64,000 nucleotides of DNA from an uncultured Clostridia bacterium (GCA_944382885.1 CALWNT010000012.1:10784-74783), one strand, 5' to 3'; counted from the stretch's first letter, positions 9,502 through 19,687 are shown. Notes: generated by a model not told the origin, from the sequence alone. A program made the numbers and translations.

Positions 9502-10339
9502 TCGTGGCATGGAAACTCTTTTTAGGTATATTGGTGCTGCTTGTCGTGCTGGCGGCTGCGGCCTTTTTGGTGATTTTGGGTATGCTGCTCAGCGGTAAAT
9601 GGAGTCTGGAAAACAGAAAGCTTTCTCTGCATCCTCAACAGCTGCTGTCTTTCCAGAAGGATTTTACGGATCAGGAGATTACCGGATTAGAACTGTCTAA
9701 TCAGACTGCTGATATCGTGCTGTCTGCGGGAGAGCATTTCACGGTAAAGGGAGAAAATCTGCCAGAGACCTTTTCCAGTGAGGTGGCAGACCAGACGCTT
9801 AGAATCAACAACCCCTCCAAATGCTCTAACTGGTTTTTCAAGATCAGGCGGAATTCTGGTTTCTCTCCTAAAATTGAAATCAGGGTTCCAAAAGGGTTGG
9901 ATCTGGAGTGGGTGAAGCTGGAAAACGGGGTAGGAAATTTAAAAGTTTCGGATTTAACCGCCAAGATTTTTCGGTTGCAAGTGGGGTAGGAGATTTTCAG
10001 GGAGAAAGATTGACTGCCTCTCACGCTGATATCAGCGGAGGTACAGGGCATATTACCCTTTGCGACGTAGATTTTTCTGGTTTGGAACTTATTGCAAGGG
10101 TTGGAGATGTGGATTATCAGGGCACTTTGACAGGAGTTTCCAGCCTTGACTGCAGCGTAGGGAATGTACGCATGGAGCTTGTGGGAAGCAAAGAAGATTA
10201 TTCTTTCTGGGTAGATTCCAACATAGGTAAGGTATCGATTAACGGAGAACCGACCAAAGGAACCCGTCTAGGCGGAACCAATGAACTTCGGATTCAATCG
10301 GGGGTTGGAGACGTAACGGTGTCTTTCGTTGCTCCCTGA
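9498..10339 (+). pseudogene. DUF4097 (LiaG-like beta-repeat) protein split by a frameshift
   Basis: ATG 9498 overlaps the upstream stop (ATGA). Frame A ends at 9989 and frame B (9908-10339) continues the same GVGxhxh strand repeats. The frames can be joined by a 1-nt change in the T5 run at 9967-9971. Confidence 0.5.
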
Positions 10340-10379
10340 ATTTTGGCCTGAATCATTCTTCAGACAGGAGGGAAAAGAG

Positions 10380-11210
10380 ATGAAGGAACAGATCGGGACA
10401 GTCAAGCAATATTATGATGAAAACGCACAGAAAGAATGGGAGCGTTTAGAAAAGCATCCTTTTGAGTTTGTCTTTACCACTTATATGATGGATCAGTATA
10501 TCAAACCAGGCGATCGCATCTTAGATATCGGAGGAGGTCCGGGAAGGTATTCCCTTTATTATGCGCAAAAGGGCTGTGACGTAACCCTTGTAGACTTATC
10601 CCAGGGGAATATTGCTCTGGCGAAAGAGAAAGCAACGGAATATCAGGTATCCCTCACTGCTTATGAGAAAAACTGTTTGGAATTGGAAGAGCTTTCTTTG
10701 GCAGAGGAAAGCTTTGACCACGTGTTTTTGATGGGGCCGCTTTATCATCTGAAGGAAAGGAAGGAACGGGAAGAGGCAGTGTCTTTGGCGCTTAAAAAGC
10801 TGAAACCAGGCGGGATTTTTTATTGCTCCTTTATCCTGGATTTTTCAGGCCTGATTTATGCGATGAAAAATGGACCGGGTATTATTGCGCAAGAATTGGA
10901 AAATCCAGACGCCCGTCTGTTATTGGACTCTATCGCTGAGGGAACAGAATATGTGGGGCCGGCTTTTACTTCCGCCTACTTTACGAATCAAAGACAGATC
11001 GAGCCTTTTTTAAGCGCTTTCCCCTTGGAGAAACTTCATATTTTCGGTCAGGAGGGAATTTTGACTTTGAACGAAAAACAGGTGCTGTCCTTCCCAAAAG
11101 AGGAACAGGATTTATGGGTAGAGATTGCAAAACGTTTTCTGGAGCTTCCGGAATTTTTAGCTTTTTCGGAACACGCGATGTATATCGGAAAGAAAAGGCC
11201 TGCGGATTAA
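10380..11210 (+). CDS. class I SAM-dependent methyltransferase
   Basis: ORF trimmed to ATG 10380, behind GGAGGGAAAAG. Motif I ILDIGGGPGRY and an acidic residue after beta-2 (VTLVDLS). Confidence 0.8.
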   Translation: MKEQIGTVKQYYDENAQKEWERLEKHPFEFVFTTYMMDQYIKPGDRILDIGGGPGRYSLYYAQKGCDVTLVDLSQGNIALAKEKATEYQVSLTAYEKNCLELEELSLAEESFDHVFLMGPLYHLKERKEREEAVSLALKKLKPGGIFYCSFILDFSGLIYAMKNGPGIIAQELENPDARLLLDSIAEGTEYVGPAFTSAYFTNQRQIEPFLSAFPLEKLHIFGQEGILTLNEKQVLSFPKEEQDLWVEIAKRFLELPEFLAFSEHAMYIGKKRPAD

Positions 11211-11235
11211 AGCGGGAAAAATATAACGGTATCAA

Positions 11236-11280
11236 GAACCCCGGCGCTTCCTATTTGGAAGCGCCGGGGTTCTGTCTTTT
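11236..11280 (+). terminator. intrinsic terminator of the methyltransferase gene
   Basis: gaaccccggcgcttcc / ggaagcgccggggttc stem, followed by tgtctttt. Confidence 0.7.
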
Positions 11281-11290
11281 CACAATAAAA

Positions 11291-11336
11291 TAAAAAAGCC
11301 AAATCGCTCCAGCGCATTTCTGACGCTGGAGCGATT
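11291..11336 (-). terminator. intrinsic terminator of ppiB
   Basis: aatcgctccagcg / cgctggagcgatt stem. On the - strand it is followed by ggctttttta. Confidence 0.65.
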
Positions 11337-11342
11337 GTGTTT

Positions 11343-11861
11343 TTACAGGGTTTCCGGCTCATCATAATCGACGCCGAAGGTTTCTACGGTCACCTTTTCC
11401 ATGACCTGGTCTTCCAGAGGTTTATCCCGATAGTCCCGCTGAACCGAAACAATCCGGTCTACTTCTTCCATCCCCTCAATGACCTTGCCGAACGCGGCAT
11501 ACTGACCGTCCAAATGGGGCGCATCCTCTACCATAATAAAAAACTGGGAACCTGCGCTGTCCGGATGAGAGGCGCGAGCCATAGAAATTACCCCTCTGGT
11601 ATGACGGAGATTGTTTTCAAAACCGTTGGCGGAAAATTCCCCCTTGATGCGGTAGCCTGGACCGCCCATCCCGATTCCTTCCGGATCTCCGCCCTGGATC
11701 ATAAAGCCGGGGATGACCCGATGAAAAATAACATCGTCGTAAAATTCATTCTGCACCAGAGAAATAAAGTTGTTGACGGTATTCGGCGCAATGTCTGGAT
11801 ATAATTCCACTTTGATTTTCGTATCATGACCGGTGTCAATGGTAACGATAGGATTATTCAT
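11343..11861 (-). CDS. ppiB: peptidyl-prolyl cis-trans isomerase, cyclophilin type
   Basis: FHRVIPGFMIQGGDP and SMARASHPDSAGSQFFI cyclophilin signatures. 172 aa. Confidence 0.92.
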   Translation of the reverse strand: MNNPIVTIDTGHDTKIKVELYPDIAPNTVNNFISLVQNEFYDDVIFHRVIPGFMIQGGDPEGIGMGGPGYRIKGEFSANGFENNLRHTRGVISMARASHPDSAGSQFFIMVEDAPHLDGQYAAFGKVIEGMEEVDRIVSVQRDYRDKPLEDQVMEKVTVETFGVDYDEPETL

Positions 11862-12539
11862 ACTTTATACCTCTTTTACAATTTATTCTGATTCGCCGCA
11901 GCTGTACCGGAAAAGAAAAATCACGGTCAAAAATCGCTGAGACAAGGACAATCCCTCGCTTTTTTCAGTATCTAGTCTGAAACCGGAAGGAAAGATTCAA
12001 AAACTGCCCTACTTATTTTACTATAAAGCAGAGGGGAAGACAAGATGTTTTCCATCTGTTTGGCAATAGGAGCAAGTCGCTTTTTTCTAATAGGACAGAC
12101 AGATCCATCTTTCAGCGACTTTCCCTTTTTGTCTGTTGGACGAAAACTCCTCTGCGGTTTGTGGCGATGGAAGTGGAGACACTTTCTGTTAATAAGCCGC
12201 AAACGGTGAAAATAAGTATCGCGTGCAAAGATAAGGAGAAAACCTTTCACAAAGCGCTGAAACTGCTGCATTTTGCCGATGAAAAAGACAGCAAATGAGA
12301 TATGGGATTGACTTTCTAAATGATATGGTGCATGATATTTTTAAACTAGAAAATAAATACATCCTTACTAGCCCATGCATACCAGATTTTAGGAGGCATA
12401 ACATCAGGGAGACATTGCAAAGCCCTTATCAGAAAGGAGGGAAAAGTATCCTTTTTGGAAAAACTAACAAATCGCCAAAATGTTCCATCAATTAGATCGT
12501 GGAGAAATATTATTTCATCCTAATAAAGGAGGCAATTGT

Positions 12540-15017
12540 ATGAACAAAATTTTTTCCAAGGAAGCGCTTTATGATTACTCTTCCCAAAGAACCTTTCCAA
12601 ATGACGCAAGGGAAGCGGCGTTTTTATTAGGAGGGATCGGCACTGGAAATATTTCCCTGGGTGCAAGAGGGGAACTCAGGGACTGGGAAATTTTTAACCG
12701 TCCGGCAAAAGGGCAGGTATTTCCCTATACCTTTTTTGCGATTTCTGCAAAAGAAGAAGGACAAGAACGCAACGCCAAGATATTAGAGGGCAAAATGGCG
12801 CCGCCTTTCTCCAAATCCCATGGATTTTTCGCTCACGAAATGGCAGGGGTACCAAGGTTTGAACATTCTGAATTTACCGGAGAATATCCCAAGGCATTTT
12901 TGACTCTTTCCGACCGGACGATGCCAGTCGATGTAAAATTGGAAGCTTTCAATCCGTTGATTCCTCTGGACAGTTTGAATTCGGGGATTCCCTGCGCCAT
13001 TTTAAATTATACTGTAATCAATAAATCAGAACATGCGACAGAGGTAAGTATTGTTGGAACGCTCCCCAATGTGGCTTGTTATCCGGAAACCTCCGAGAAT
13101 ATCTGGGGCAACTATAACAACGAAATCGCCAAGACCAGCCAAAATACCCTGTTGGAAGAGGGGGAACTTGTCACACTGTTTTTTACCAATACAGGGACTG
13201 AAGAAAATGAACTTAGCTACAGCGACCTTTCTTTAAGCGTTCTGTCTTCCGAGGAAGTCCTCTCTCTGCCAATGTGGCCGGAATGCGGCTGGTGGGATGC
13301 GGCACAGATGGTATGGGACAGCATGCGAACCCATGGAGATTTTTCGTCAGTGGGAAAGGGCAGCACGGAAATGGGGCCGTCTCTCAAGCCGGGCAGTTTA
13401 GGAGCCAAATTCCAGTTGGAGCCAAAGGGGCAGAAGACGGTGACCTTTATCATTGCCTGGAACGCACCGAACCGGATTAATGGTTGGTACCCCGACCAGA
13501 TTAATTCTTGCTGCGGAGAAGGCTGTAATTGTCAGAAAGTGGAAACAACCACGAAAAATTATTATGCGACTGTTTTTGAAAATTCTTTGGCGACTGCAAG
13601 ATATGTAGCGAAAAACTTTTCGTCCCTTTCTGAAAAAACAACTGCGTTTCACCAAGCGCTGTTTGGCAGCACTCTGCCGTGCTATGTTCTGGACGCGGTA
13701 TCCGCGAATATCACCGTTCTTCGCAGCACCACCTGTTTTCGGACGGCCAACGGAAAATTTTACGGTTGGGAAGGCTGCTTTGCAACGGAGGGATGCTGCG
13801 AAGGGAACTGCACCCACGTTTGGAATTATCAGCAGACGCTGGCCTTTTTATTCCCGGATCTGGAAAAGGATATGAGGCTTACCGAATTTAATATAGAAAC
13901 AGATTCCACCGGGCGGATGGAATTTCGGGCGAAGCAGGCGTTTGGTGGGAAAAATAACTTTCATCCCGCTGCAGACGGACAACTGGGCTGTATCATCAGG
14001 CTGTATCGGGACTGGAAACTGTGCGGCGACCGGGAGTTTCTCGCAAGCGTTTGGGAAAACGCCAAACGGGCGCTGAATTTCGCCTTTGATTACTGGGATG
14101 CAGATCATGACTGCGTATTGGATAGCCAGCAGCACAATACTTATGACATTGAGTTTTACGGTCCCAACAGCTTGGTCAACAGTATGTTTTTCGGCGCATT
14201 AAAAGCCGGAGCGGAAATGGCGAAAGAAATGGGAGAAGCGGAACTTTCCCAGAAATATCTGGATGCCCTTGAAAAGGGATCGGAAAAACGGGATCGCCTG
14301 TTATGGAACGGAGAATATTATGCTCAGAAAATCGAGGACGTGAACGAATATCCTTATCAGTATGGGCAAGGCTGCCTTTCCGACCAGCTTTTAGGGCAGG
14401 AGTTGTCCATGGTGGCGGGACTGGGATATATCCTACCCCCAGATCATGTCAACAGCGCTGTGAAATCCATTTTCAAATATAATTTTCTGGAAGATTTTTC
14501 ACAGCATCACAATGTCCAGAGAACCTATGTACTGAACGATGAAAAAGGCTTGCTTTTGTGTACTTGGCCGGAAGGAGGCCGTCCCATCCTACCTTTTACC
14601 TATTCCGATGAAGTGTGGACAGGGATTGAATACCAGGTTGCAACCCACCTGATTTATGAAAATTATATTGAGGAAGGTTTAACCATTGTAAAGGCGTTGC
14701 GGGATCGGCATGACGGCTATAAGAGGAATCCTTGGAATGAGGTTGAATGCGGAAACCATTACGCCAGGTCTATGGCCAGCTGGGGACTGCTATTGGCCTT
14801 GAGCGGATATCGTTATGATCTGGTTGATCAGAAATTGGAATTTAGCCCCAAACTAAACCAAGAGCATTTCTCCTGCTTCTTCAGTTGCGCAAAAGCTTGG
14901 GGGACGATTGCGGTAGATAACGGCACACCAGTGGCTACAATTTTATACGGCGATTTGGACGATGTAGAAATTTTTGTTGATGGGAAAAAGGCCCAAAAGC
15001 GTTTGGCGGAGAAATGA
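12540..15017 (+). CDS. GH116-family glycoside hydrolase (GBA2-type beta-glucosidase-like)
   Basis: ORF 12480-15017 trimmed to ATG 12540, behind AAAGGAGG. About 825 aa. The N-terminus (LGGIGTGNISLGARGELRDWEIFNRP) and the C-terminal catalytic region resemble GBA2/GH116 proteins. Confidence 0.75.
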   Translation: MNKIFSKEALYDYSSQRTFPNDAREAAFLLGGIGTGNISLGARGELRDWEIFNRPAKGQVFPYTFFAISAKEEGQERNAKILEGKMAPPFSKSHGFFAHEMAGVPRFEHSEFTGEYPKAFLTLSDRTMPVDVKLEAFNPLIPLDSLNSGIPCAILNYTVINKSEHATEVSIVGTLPNVACYPETSENIWGNYNNEIAKTSQNTLLEEGELVTLFFTNTGTEENELSYSDLSLSVLSSEEVLSLPMWPECGWWDAAQMVWDSMRTHGDFSSVGKGSTEMGPSLKPGSLGAKFQLEPKGQKTVTFIIAWNAPNRINGWYPDQINSCCGEGCNCQKVETTTKNYYATVFENSLATARYVAKNFSSLSEKTTAFHQALFGSTLPCYVLDAVSANITVLRSTTCFRTANGKFYGWEGCFATEGCCEGNCTHVWNYQQTLAFLFPDLEKDMRLTEFNIETDSTGRMEFRAKQAFGGKNNFHPAADGQLGCIIRLYRDWKLCGDREFLASVWENAKRALNFAFDYWDADHDCVLDSQQHNTYDIEFYGPNSLVNSMFFGALKAGAEMAKEMGEAELSQKYLDALEKGSEKRDRLLWNGEYYAQKIEDVNEYPYQYGQGCLSDQLLGQELSMVAGLGYILPPDHVNSAVKSIFKYNFLEDFSQHHNVQRTYVLNDEKGLLLCTWPEGGRPILPFTYSDEVWTGIEYQVATHLIYENYIEEGLTIVKALRDRHDGYKRNPWNEVECGNHYARSMASWGLLLALSGYRYDLVDQKLEFSPKLNQEHFSCFFSCAKAWGTIAVDNGTPVATILYGDLDDVEIFVDGKKAQKRLAEK

Positions 15018-15766
15018 TGAGTACACATGAATATATTTATCTCAAACCCCAGGAGTTTCAAAAAGAGCTGCAGAGATGTCCAGTGGCTTATCTGCCTTTG
15101 GGCACCTTGGAATGGCATGGGAAGCACCTGCCCTTAGGAGCAGATGGAATACAATCTCATTATCTGTTTGAACAGATCGCGCAAAGAGTGGGAGGGATTA
15201 TATGTCCCATGCTCTTTCTGGGGCCGGATCAGAGAAGCATTGTAGACGGACGGGAATATTATGGGATGGATAACGGAAATTACGACCCGGATCCCATGCA
15301 GTGGTATCCTCCTCAAAAATTTGCGGGAAGCGCCTATTGGATTGAAGAATCCGGCTTTCAAATTCTTCTTGACGCAGTAGTGAAACAACTGGCGAGAGCA
15401 GGCTTTCGGATGATCGTCGCTCATGGACACGGGCCGTCTACCCACTTTTTTCAAGACCGGGCGGAGTTTTATCGACTGCATCATGGGGTCAAATGCATCA
15501 GTTGCTGGCAGCTGGAAGGGGATCTATCTTTTCAGTCAGATCATGGGGCGATGAATGAAACCTCTATTCTGATGGCGATTCATCGGGAACTGGTCAGCAT
15601 GGACAGACTGGAACAAAATCTGGATATTTGGCCTGACGGCATCGGCGGCAAGGATCCCCGGCTCTTTGCAAATGTTCAGGTAGGAAATGAGATGATTGCG
15701 AAAACCATCGAAAAAATGGTCGAAATCATCAACAGAGAGTTGGGACAAAAGGAGGTGTCGTCATGA
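15014..15766 (+). CDS. creatininase-family amidohydrolase
   Basis: LPLGTLEWHGKHLPLGADG metal-binding motif. The start overlaps the GH116 stop (ATGA). Confidence 0.65.
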   Translation: MMSTHEYIYLKPQEFQKELQRCPVAYLPLGTLEWHGKHLPLGADGIQSHYLFEQIAQRVGGIICPMLFLGPDQRSIVDGREYYGMDNGNYDPDPMQWYPPQKFAGSAYWIEESGFQILLDAVVKQLARAGFRMIVAHGHGPSTHFFQDRAEFYRLHHGVKCISCWQLEGDLSFQSDHGAMNETSILMAIHRELVSMDRLEQNLDIWPDGIGGKDPRLFANVQVGNEMIAKTIEKMVEIINRELGQKEVSS

Positions 15767-16605
15767 CAGTTGAAAACTTACATGATTTTTTGTTAGGTCT
15801 TCATCCGGTCAGAAAAAATACGGTAGATGAGATCGTGTTTGGAAAAAAAGAAATGGTGGTTCGCAAAATAGGAACCTGTTGGCAGCCGTATTTGCATACC
15901 TTAGAGCAGGCATATCGCGATGGTGTGAATGTGATGGTGGTGCATGAGCCGACCTTTTACAGTGATGAAATAGAAAACAGCCCACTGATGTATGATAGAA
16001 GGGAAAAAGACGGAACCATACGGCTGGGTTCTTCTGCCTTTTATCGTCAAGCGGAAGAAAAGCGTCGATGGCTTCGAGAGCATGACATGGCGGTAATCAG
16101 ATGCCACGATGTGCTGGATATTGTCCCAGAATACGGAATCCCCTATGCCTTGGGAATAGCGCTTGGATTTACTGAGGAAGATCTTGTCGGGAGCCAGGAC
16201 TATTTTAACAAGTATCGAATTCCTCCTCAAACAGCGATAGAAGCAGCCCAATATATTGCGGGGCGGCTGGAAGAGTTTGGTCAGAAGACCGTTTCTTTTT
16301 ATGGAGACGGCAATCGCAAGGTAGAGACAATTTGCGTAGGGACGGGATGTATTAGCAGCCCCATCGAAATGATGGATTTGGAAGCGGATCTGTATCTTTC
16401 CATCAACGATGCAGTCAGCACCTGGGTGGAAACAACCTATGCGATTGATACCGGCAGGCCTTTGATTTTAATTGACCACGGTGCTTCGGAAGAAATGGGC
16501 GTCAGGCTGCTTCACAATTTGTTCGAACGATCCTTTGAGCTTCCCTGCATCCATTATCCCCAAGGATGCACTTTCCAGTTTGTCAATCGCAACGGAATCG
16601 TATAG
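15763..16605 (+). CDS. NIF3-like (DUF34) dinuclear-metal protein, tentative
   Basis: NVMVVHEPTFY resembles the NIF3 HHP-type motif. The start overlaps the upstream stop (ATGA). Weak family call. Confidence 0.4.
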   Translation: MTVENLHDFLLGLHPVRKNTVDEIVFGKKEMVVRKIGTCWQPYLHTLEQAYRDGVNVMVVHEPTFYSDEIENSPLMYDRREKDGTIRLGSSAFYRQAEEKRRWLREHDMAVIRCHDVLDIVPEYGIPYALGIALGFTEEDLVGSQDYFNKYRIPPQTAIEAAQYIAGRLEEFGQKTVSFYGDGNRKVETICVGTGCISSPIEMMDLEADLYLSINDAVSTWVETTYAIDTGRPLILIDHGASEEMGVRLLHNLFERSFELPCIHYPQGCTFQFVNRNGIV

Positions 16606-16654
16606 GCCAGCTGGGATATGCTTTCCTTGCGCCTAGGAGCTTTATTTGTTCTGA

Positions 16655-16690
16655 AAAAAGCCGGCGTTTTTCTAGCGTCGGCTTTTTCTT
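16655..16690 (+). terminator. terminator of the GH116 operon
   Basis: aaaagccggcg / cgtcggctttt stem with one mismatch, followed by a T-rich tail. Confidence 0.55.
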
Positions 16691-16806
16691 TCCGATAGAC
16701 TTCTTTAGATTATCCGACTTTATTTGGCAACGACTATATATGCAATCTATTTGAGAGACTCTTGTTACTCTAATTTTACGAGAAAGAGGAAAAAATGACG
16801 AGATGC

Positions 16807-16836
16807 TTGCAGCTTATTTACAAATTTAGTTATAAT
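16807..16836 (+). promoter_or_regulatory. promoter candidate upstream of the polysaccharide deacetylase gene
   Basis: TTGCAG (16807-16812), 18-nt spacer, TATAAT (16831-16836). This leaves a leader of about 250 nt. Confidence 0.45.
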
Positions 16837-17090
16837 TATTACAGTTTGCTGTTTTGTGATGCTTTCTGTAGAAAAACATGATAAGATAGGGGCAGCTTAA
16901 GTGATGCCGTCATACTTTCCTGAAAAGTACAAGGAGGAGATCATTCTATCACTTCTCTGCTTTTGGAATTAACAGAGGTATAAAACTTCGAAATAAGACA
17001 TACAAAATAAAGGTGATGGGAGTCAATAGTCAGGAAAGGACCTTTTGAAGGTGTTTCTCAGAAAAAGCAAAAAGGAGTCGGAAAGGAAAG

Positions 17091-18047
17091 ATGAGAACAA
17101 AACAGAAGTCTTTGAAATTTTACAGAAAAATTTATATGTTTGTCTCTTTGATTACGGTGATAGTCTTGCTGATGGTTTGTGTAGCGCAGTTTGTATTAGG
17201 ACGCATTATGGAAACAAATTATAAAAATTTAGAGAACCAGCATAATTCCCTGTTGGTTCAATTATCCCAAGCTCAGAAAGAAGCTCAAAAAGGAGTGGAA
17301 TATGAGGAGCTGTTTCGCAGACAAGGGGAAGAAGAATTTCCCTATTCCAAACAATATGATCATCTTTATGTAAAGGAAGAACCACGACAGGTCAATACGT
17401 CCAAAGGGCAAAAAATTGCGTACCTTACTTTTGATGACGGCCCTTCTGACAACACGCTTAAAATTTTGGATCTGTTGAAAAAAGAAAAAATAAAAGCAAC
17501 ATTTTTCGTGGTAGGTCATATGGGAAAAGAAGCAAAACCGATTTTAAAGAGGATTGTAGAGGACGGGCATACCATCGGCATTCACAGCTATTCTCATGAT
17601 TACGATAAAATTTACGGCTCGGTAGAAGCCTATTTGGAAGATTTCAATCAAATGTTTGAGATGGTGTATGAAGCAACCGGAGTAAAATCCACAGTGTTCC
17701 GTTTTCCAGGAGGAAGCATCAACGCTCACAATCGAATGATCTATCAGCAGATCATCTCAGAAATGCTTCGAAGAGGGTTTTCTTATTATGACTGGACAGT
17801 GGACTCACAGGACGCTACCAGAAATCCCAGCGTGGAGAAAATGATGGGAAATATCAATGCTTCTATCGGGCGTCAGAGCCGCCCAGTTGTGCTGATGCAC
17901 GATGCCGCGAGCAAGAAAATGACGGTAGAGGCCCTTCCGAAAATCATCAGGGCCTATCGGGATGCTGGATATTCCTTCGATACCTTAGATCATCGGGAAA
18001 TCTGCTTTTTCCCTTATCAGGCTGAACCGGGTATTCCAGGAAAATGA
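17091..18047 (+). CDS. polysaccharide deacetylase (NodB homology) family protein, membrane anchored
   Basis: N-terminal TM helix. NodB motifs YLTFDDGP and IGIHSYSHD. Confidence 0.85.
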   Translation: MRTKQKSLKFYRKIYMFVSLITVIVLLMVCVAQFVLGRIMETNYKNLENQHNSLLVQLSQAQKEAQKGVEYEELFRRQGEEEFPYSKQYDHLYVKEEPRQVNTSKGQKIAYLTFDDGPSDNTLKILDLLKKEKIKATFFVVGHMGKEAKPILKRIVEDGHTIGIHSYSHDYDKIYGSVEAYLEDFNQMFEMVYEATGVKSTVFRFPGGSINAHNRMIYQQIISEMLRRGFSYYDWTVDSQDATRNPSVEKMMGNINASIGRQSRPVVLMHDAASKKMTVEALPKIIRAYRDAGYSFDTLDHREICFFPYQAEPGIPGK

Positions 18048-18104
18048 GATCTCCCGCCGCTGGGAGGTCTGTTGATCTGACGGAGGTTTTATAAGGAGAG
18101 ATAA

Positions 18105-18145
18105 AGAGAAGACAGAGAAAAGGTTACTTTTTCTCTGTCTTCTCT
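18105..18145. terminator. 17-bp perfect hairpin between convergent genes (bidirectional terminator candidate)
   Basis: agagaagacagagaaaa (18105-18121) pairs with ttttctctgtcttctct (18129-18145) around a 7-nt loop. Confidence 0.6.
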
Positions 18146-18164
18146 AACGGGAGGAGTGGAAGCC

Positions 18165-18983
18165 TTATCCCAGTGCCACGTCCATCACCATCATGACAAG
18201 AAATCCCACGGTGATACCAAAAGTGGCGAGATTTTTGTTGGACTTGGAGGATTCCGGAATCAGCTCGGAGGCACATACGGCGATCATAGCCCCTGCGGAA
18301 AAGGCAAGCAGGAAGGGAAGAATGCTTTCCATGGTAAAGGCCGCCAGTGCCCCAATCACTCCGGCGACAGGTTCTACCATGCCGGAAAGCTGACCGTAGA
18401 AAAAACTTTTCCTCCGGCTGTAGCCTTCCCGGCGTAAGGGGAGGGAAACAGAAGCGCCTTCCGGGAAATTCTGTAATCCAATCCCTACCGCCAACAGTAC
18501 AGCGCCTAACGAATCTGATCCGGTCAGCATGGAGGCTGCCCCTCCAAAGGCTACGCCGACTGCCATCCCTTCCGGAATGTTATGTAATGTGATTGCGGTA
18601 ACCAGCAGAATGCATCGTTTCAGGCTGCCGGGCTCATGGTGCGCTTTGTGTTCCTGGTAGTCCGCCAAATCGTCAAAGGAACATTTATTTAAAAGCCGGT
18701 CTCCGGCGATAATAAAAATCCCCCCTACGAAAAATCCCGCGGCAGGGATAAACCATCCGGTTTGATACAGTTTTTCGCTCATACTGATAGCGGGACTTAA
18801 AAGAGACCAGAAGGATGCCGCGATCATGACTCCGGCTCCAAATCCCAGCATGATGTCGAGTATCTTTCTATTAACACGCTTAAAGAGAAAGACGATCGCC
18901 GCTCCTAAAGCGGTGACGCCATAGGTAAACCCTGTTGCCAGCAATGCCTGTAATACAGGATTTAACCCATTCAAAAAGGACAT
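18165..18983 (-). CDS. ZIP family metal (zinc) transporter
   Basis: Multi-TM protein with the HNIPEGMAVG and QNFPEGASV ZIP signatures. Confidence 0.85.
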   Translation of the reverse strand: MSFLNGLNPVLQALLATGFTYGVTALGAAIVFLFKRVNRKILDIMLGFGAGVMIAASFWSLLSPAISMSEKLYQTGWFIPAAGFFVGGIFIIAGDRLLNKCSFDDLADYQEHKAHHEPGSLKRCILLVTAITLHNIPEGMAVGVAFGGAASMLTGSDSLGAVLLAVGIGLQNFPEGASVSLPLRREGYSRRKSFFYGQLSGMVEPVAGVIGALAAFTMESILPFLLAFSAGAMIAVCASELIPESSKSNKNLATFGITVGFLVMMVMDVALG

Positions 18984-19252
18984 AATGTTCCATCCTCCTA
19001 ACTCTGTTTTTCTGCATACTATTCAAAAAGAATGGTAAATGTGACTAAATTATCTTTTTTATTTCAGACGAAACGAATAGGAAACATTACGAATTGCTTA
19101 CAAGTTTTCCTGGACTATTGCAAGAAAATTCTCTTAGTGTTATGATGAGGGCGTGATAAAATGGGAAAGGATAGCACAAGGTGCAGTGGAAAACAAAACA
19201 GCAAATACTTGAAGAATCTGCTGAGTTTGTTTGAAAGAGGTGTATAGAATCT

Positions 19253-19687
19253 ATGTTAGAATTGTTTATTTGGGGGGCGTTGTTTGTCATCCTGATTTTG
19301 GTGGAATCAGCGACGGCACAGTTGGTATCTATTTGGTTTGCCGTCGGCAGTCTTGCGGCGATGATTACTTCTGTTTTTACTGATTTTTTATGGATACAAA
19401 TGCTGGTATTTATTATTGTTTCTTTGATTTTGCTATTAGCTACTAGGCCGTTTATCAAAAAGCTTCGTCTGCGCCATGAGGCCACCAATGCGGACTCGGC
19501 TGTAGGGCAGGAGGGAATTACCATTGTTGAGATCAATAATCTGATGGAAGAGGGCCGCATCAAGCTTCAGGGGCTTAGTTGGAATGCGAGAAGTGAAACC
19601 AATCAAGTAATTCCGATTGGCACAAAGGTACGGGTCATCCGTATTGAGGGCGTTACCGCCTATGTCGCGCCCGCAGAAAGTAATTAA
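19253..19687 (+). CDS. NfeD family membrane protein
   Basis: Three N-terminal TM helices plus a C-terminal OB-like domain. Lies immediately upstream of an SPFH gene, the classic NfeD-stomatin pairing. Confidence 0.7.
   Translation: MLELFIWGALFVILILVESATAQLVSIWFAVGSLAAMITSVFTDFLWIQMLVFIIVSLILLLATRPFIKKLRLRHEATNADSAVGQEGITIVEINNLMEEGRIKLQGLSWNARSETNQVIPIGTKVRVIRIEGVTAYVAPAESN

Noticed and set aside
16904-16975. A 23-codon small ORF in the long leader of the polysaccharide deacetylase gene.
   Set aside because: The Shine-Dalgarno sequence is weak and distant, there is no recognisable peptide family, and it cannot be distinguished from chance.
19086-19092. Zur box upstream of the ZIP transporter gene.
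   Set aside because: Only one half-site (ATTACGA) is present. The expected palindromic partner TCGTAAT is missing.
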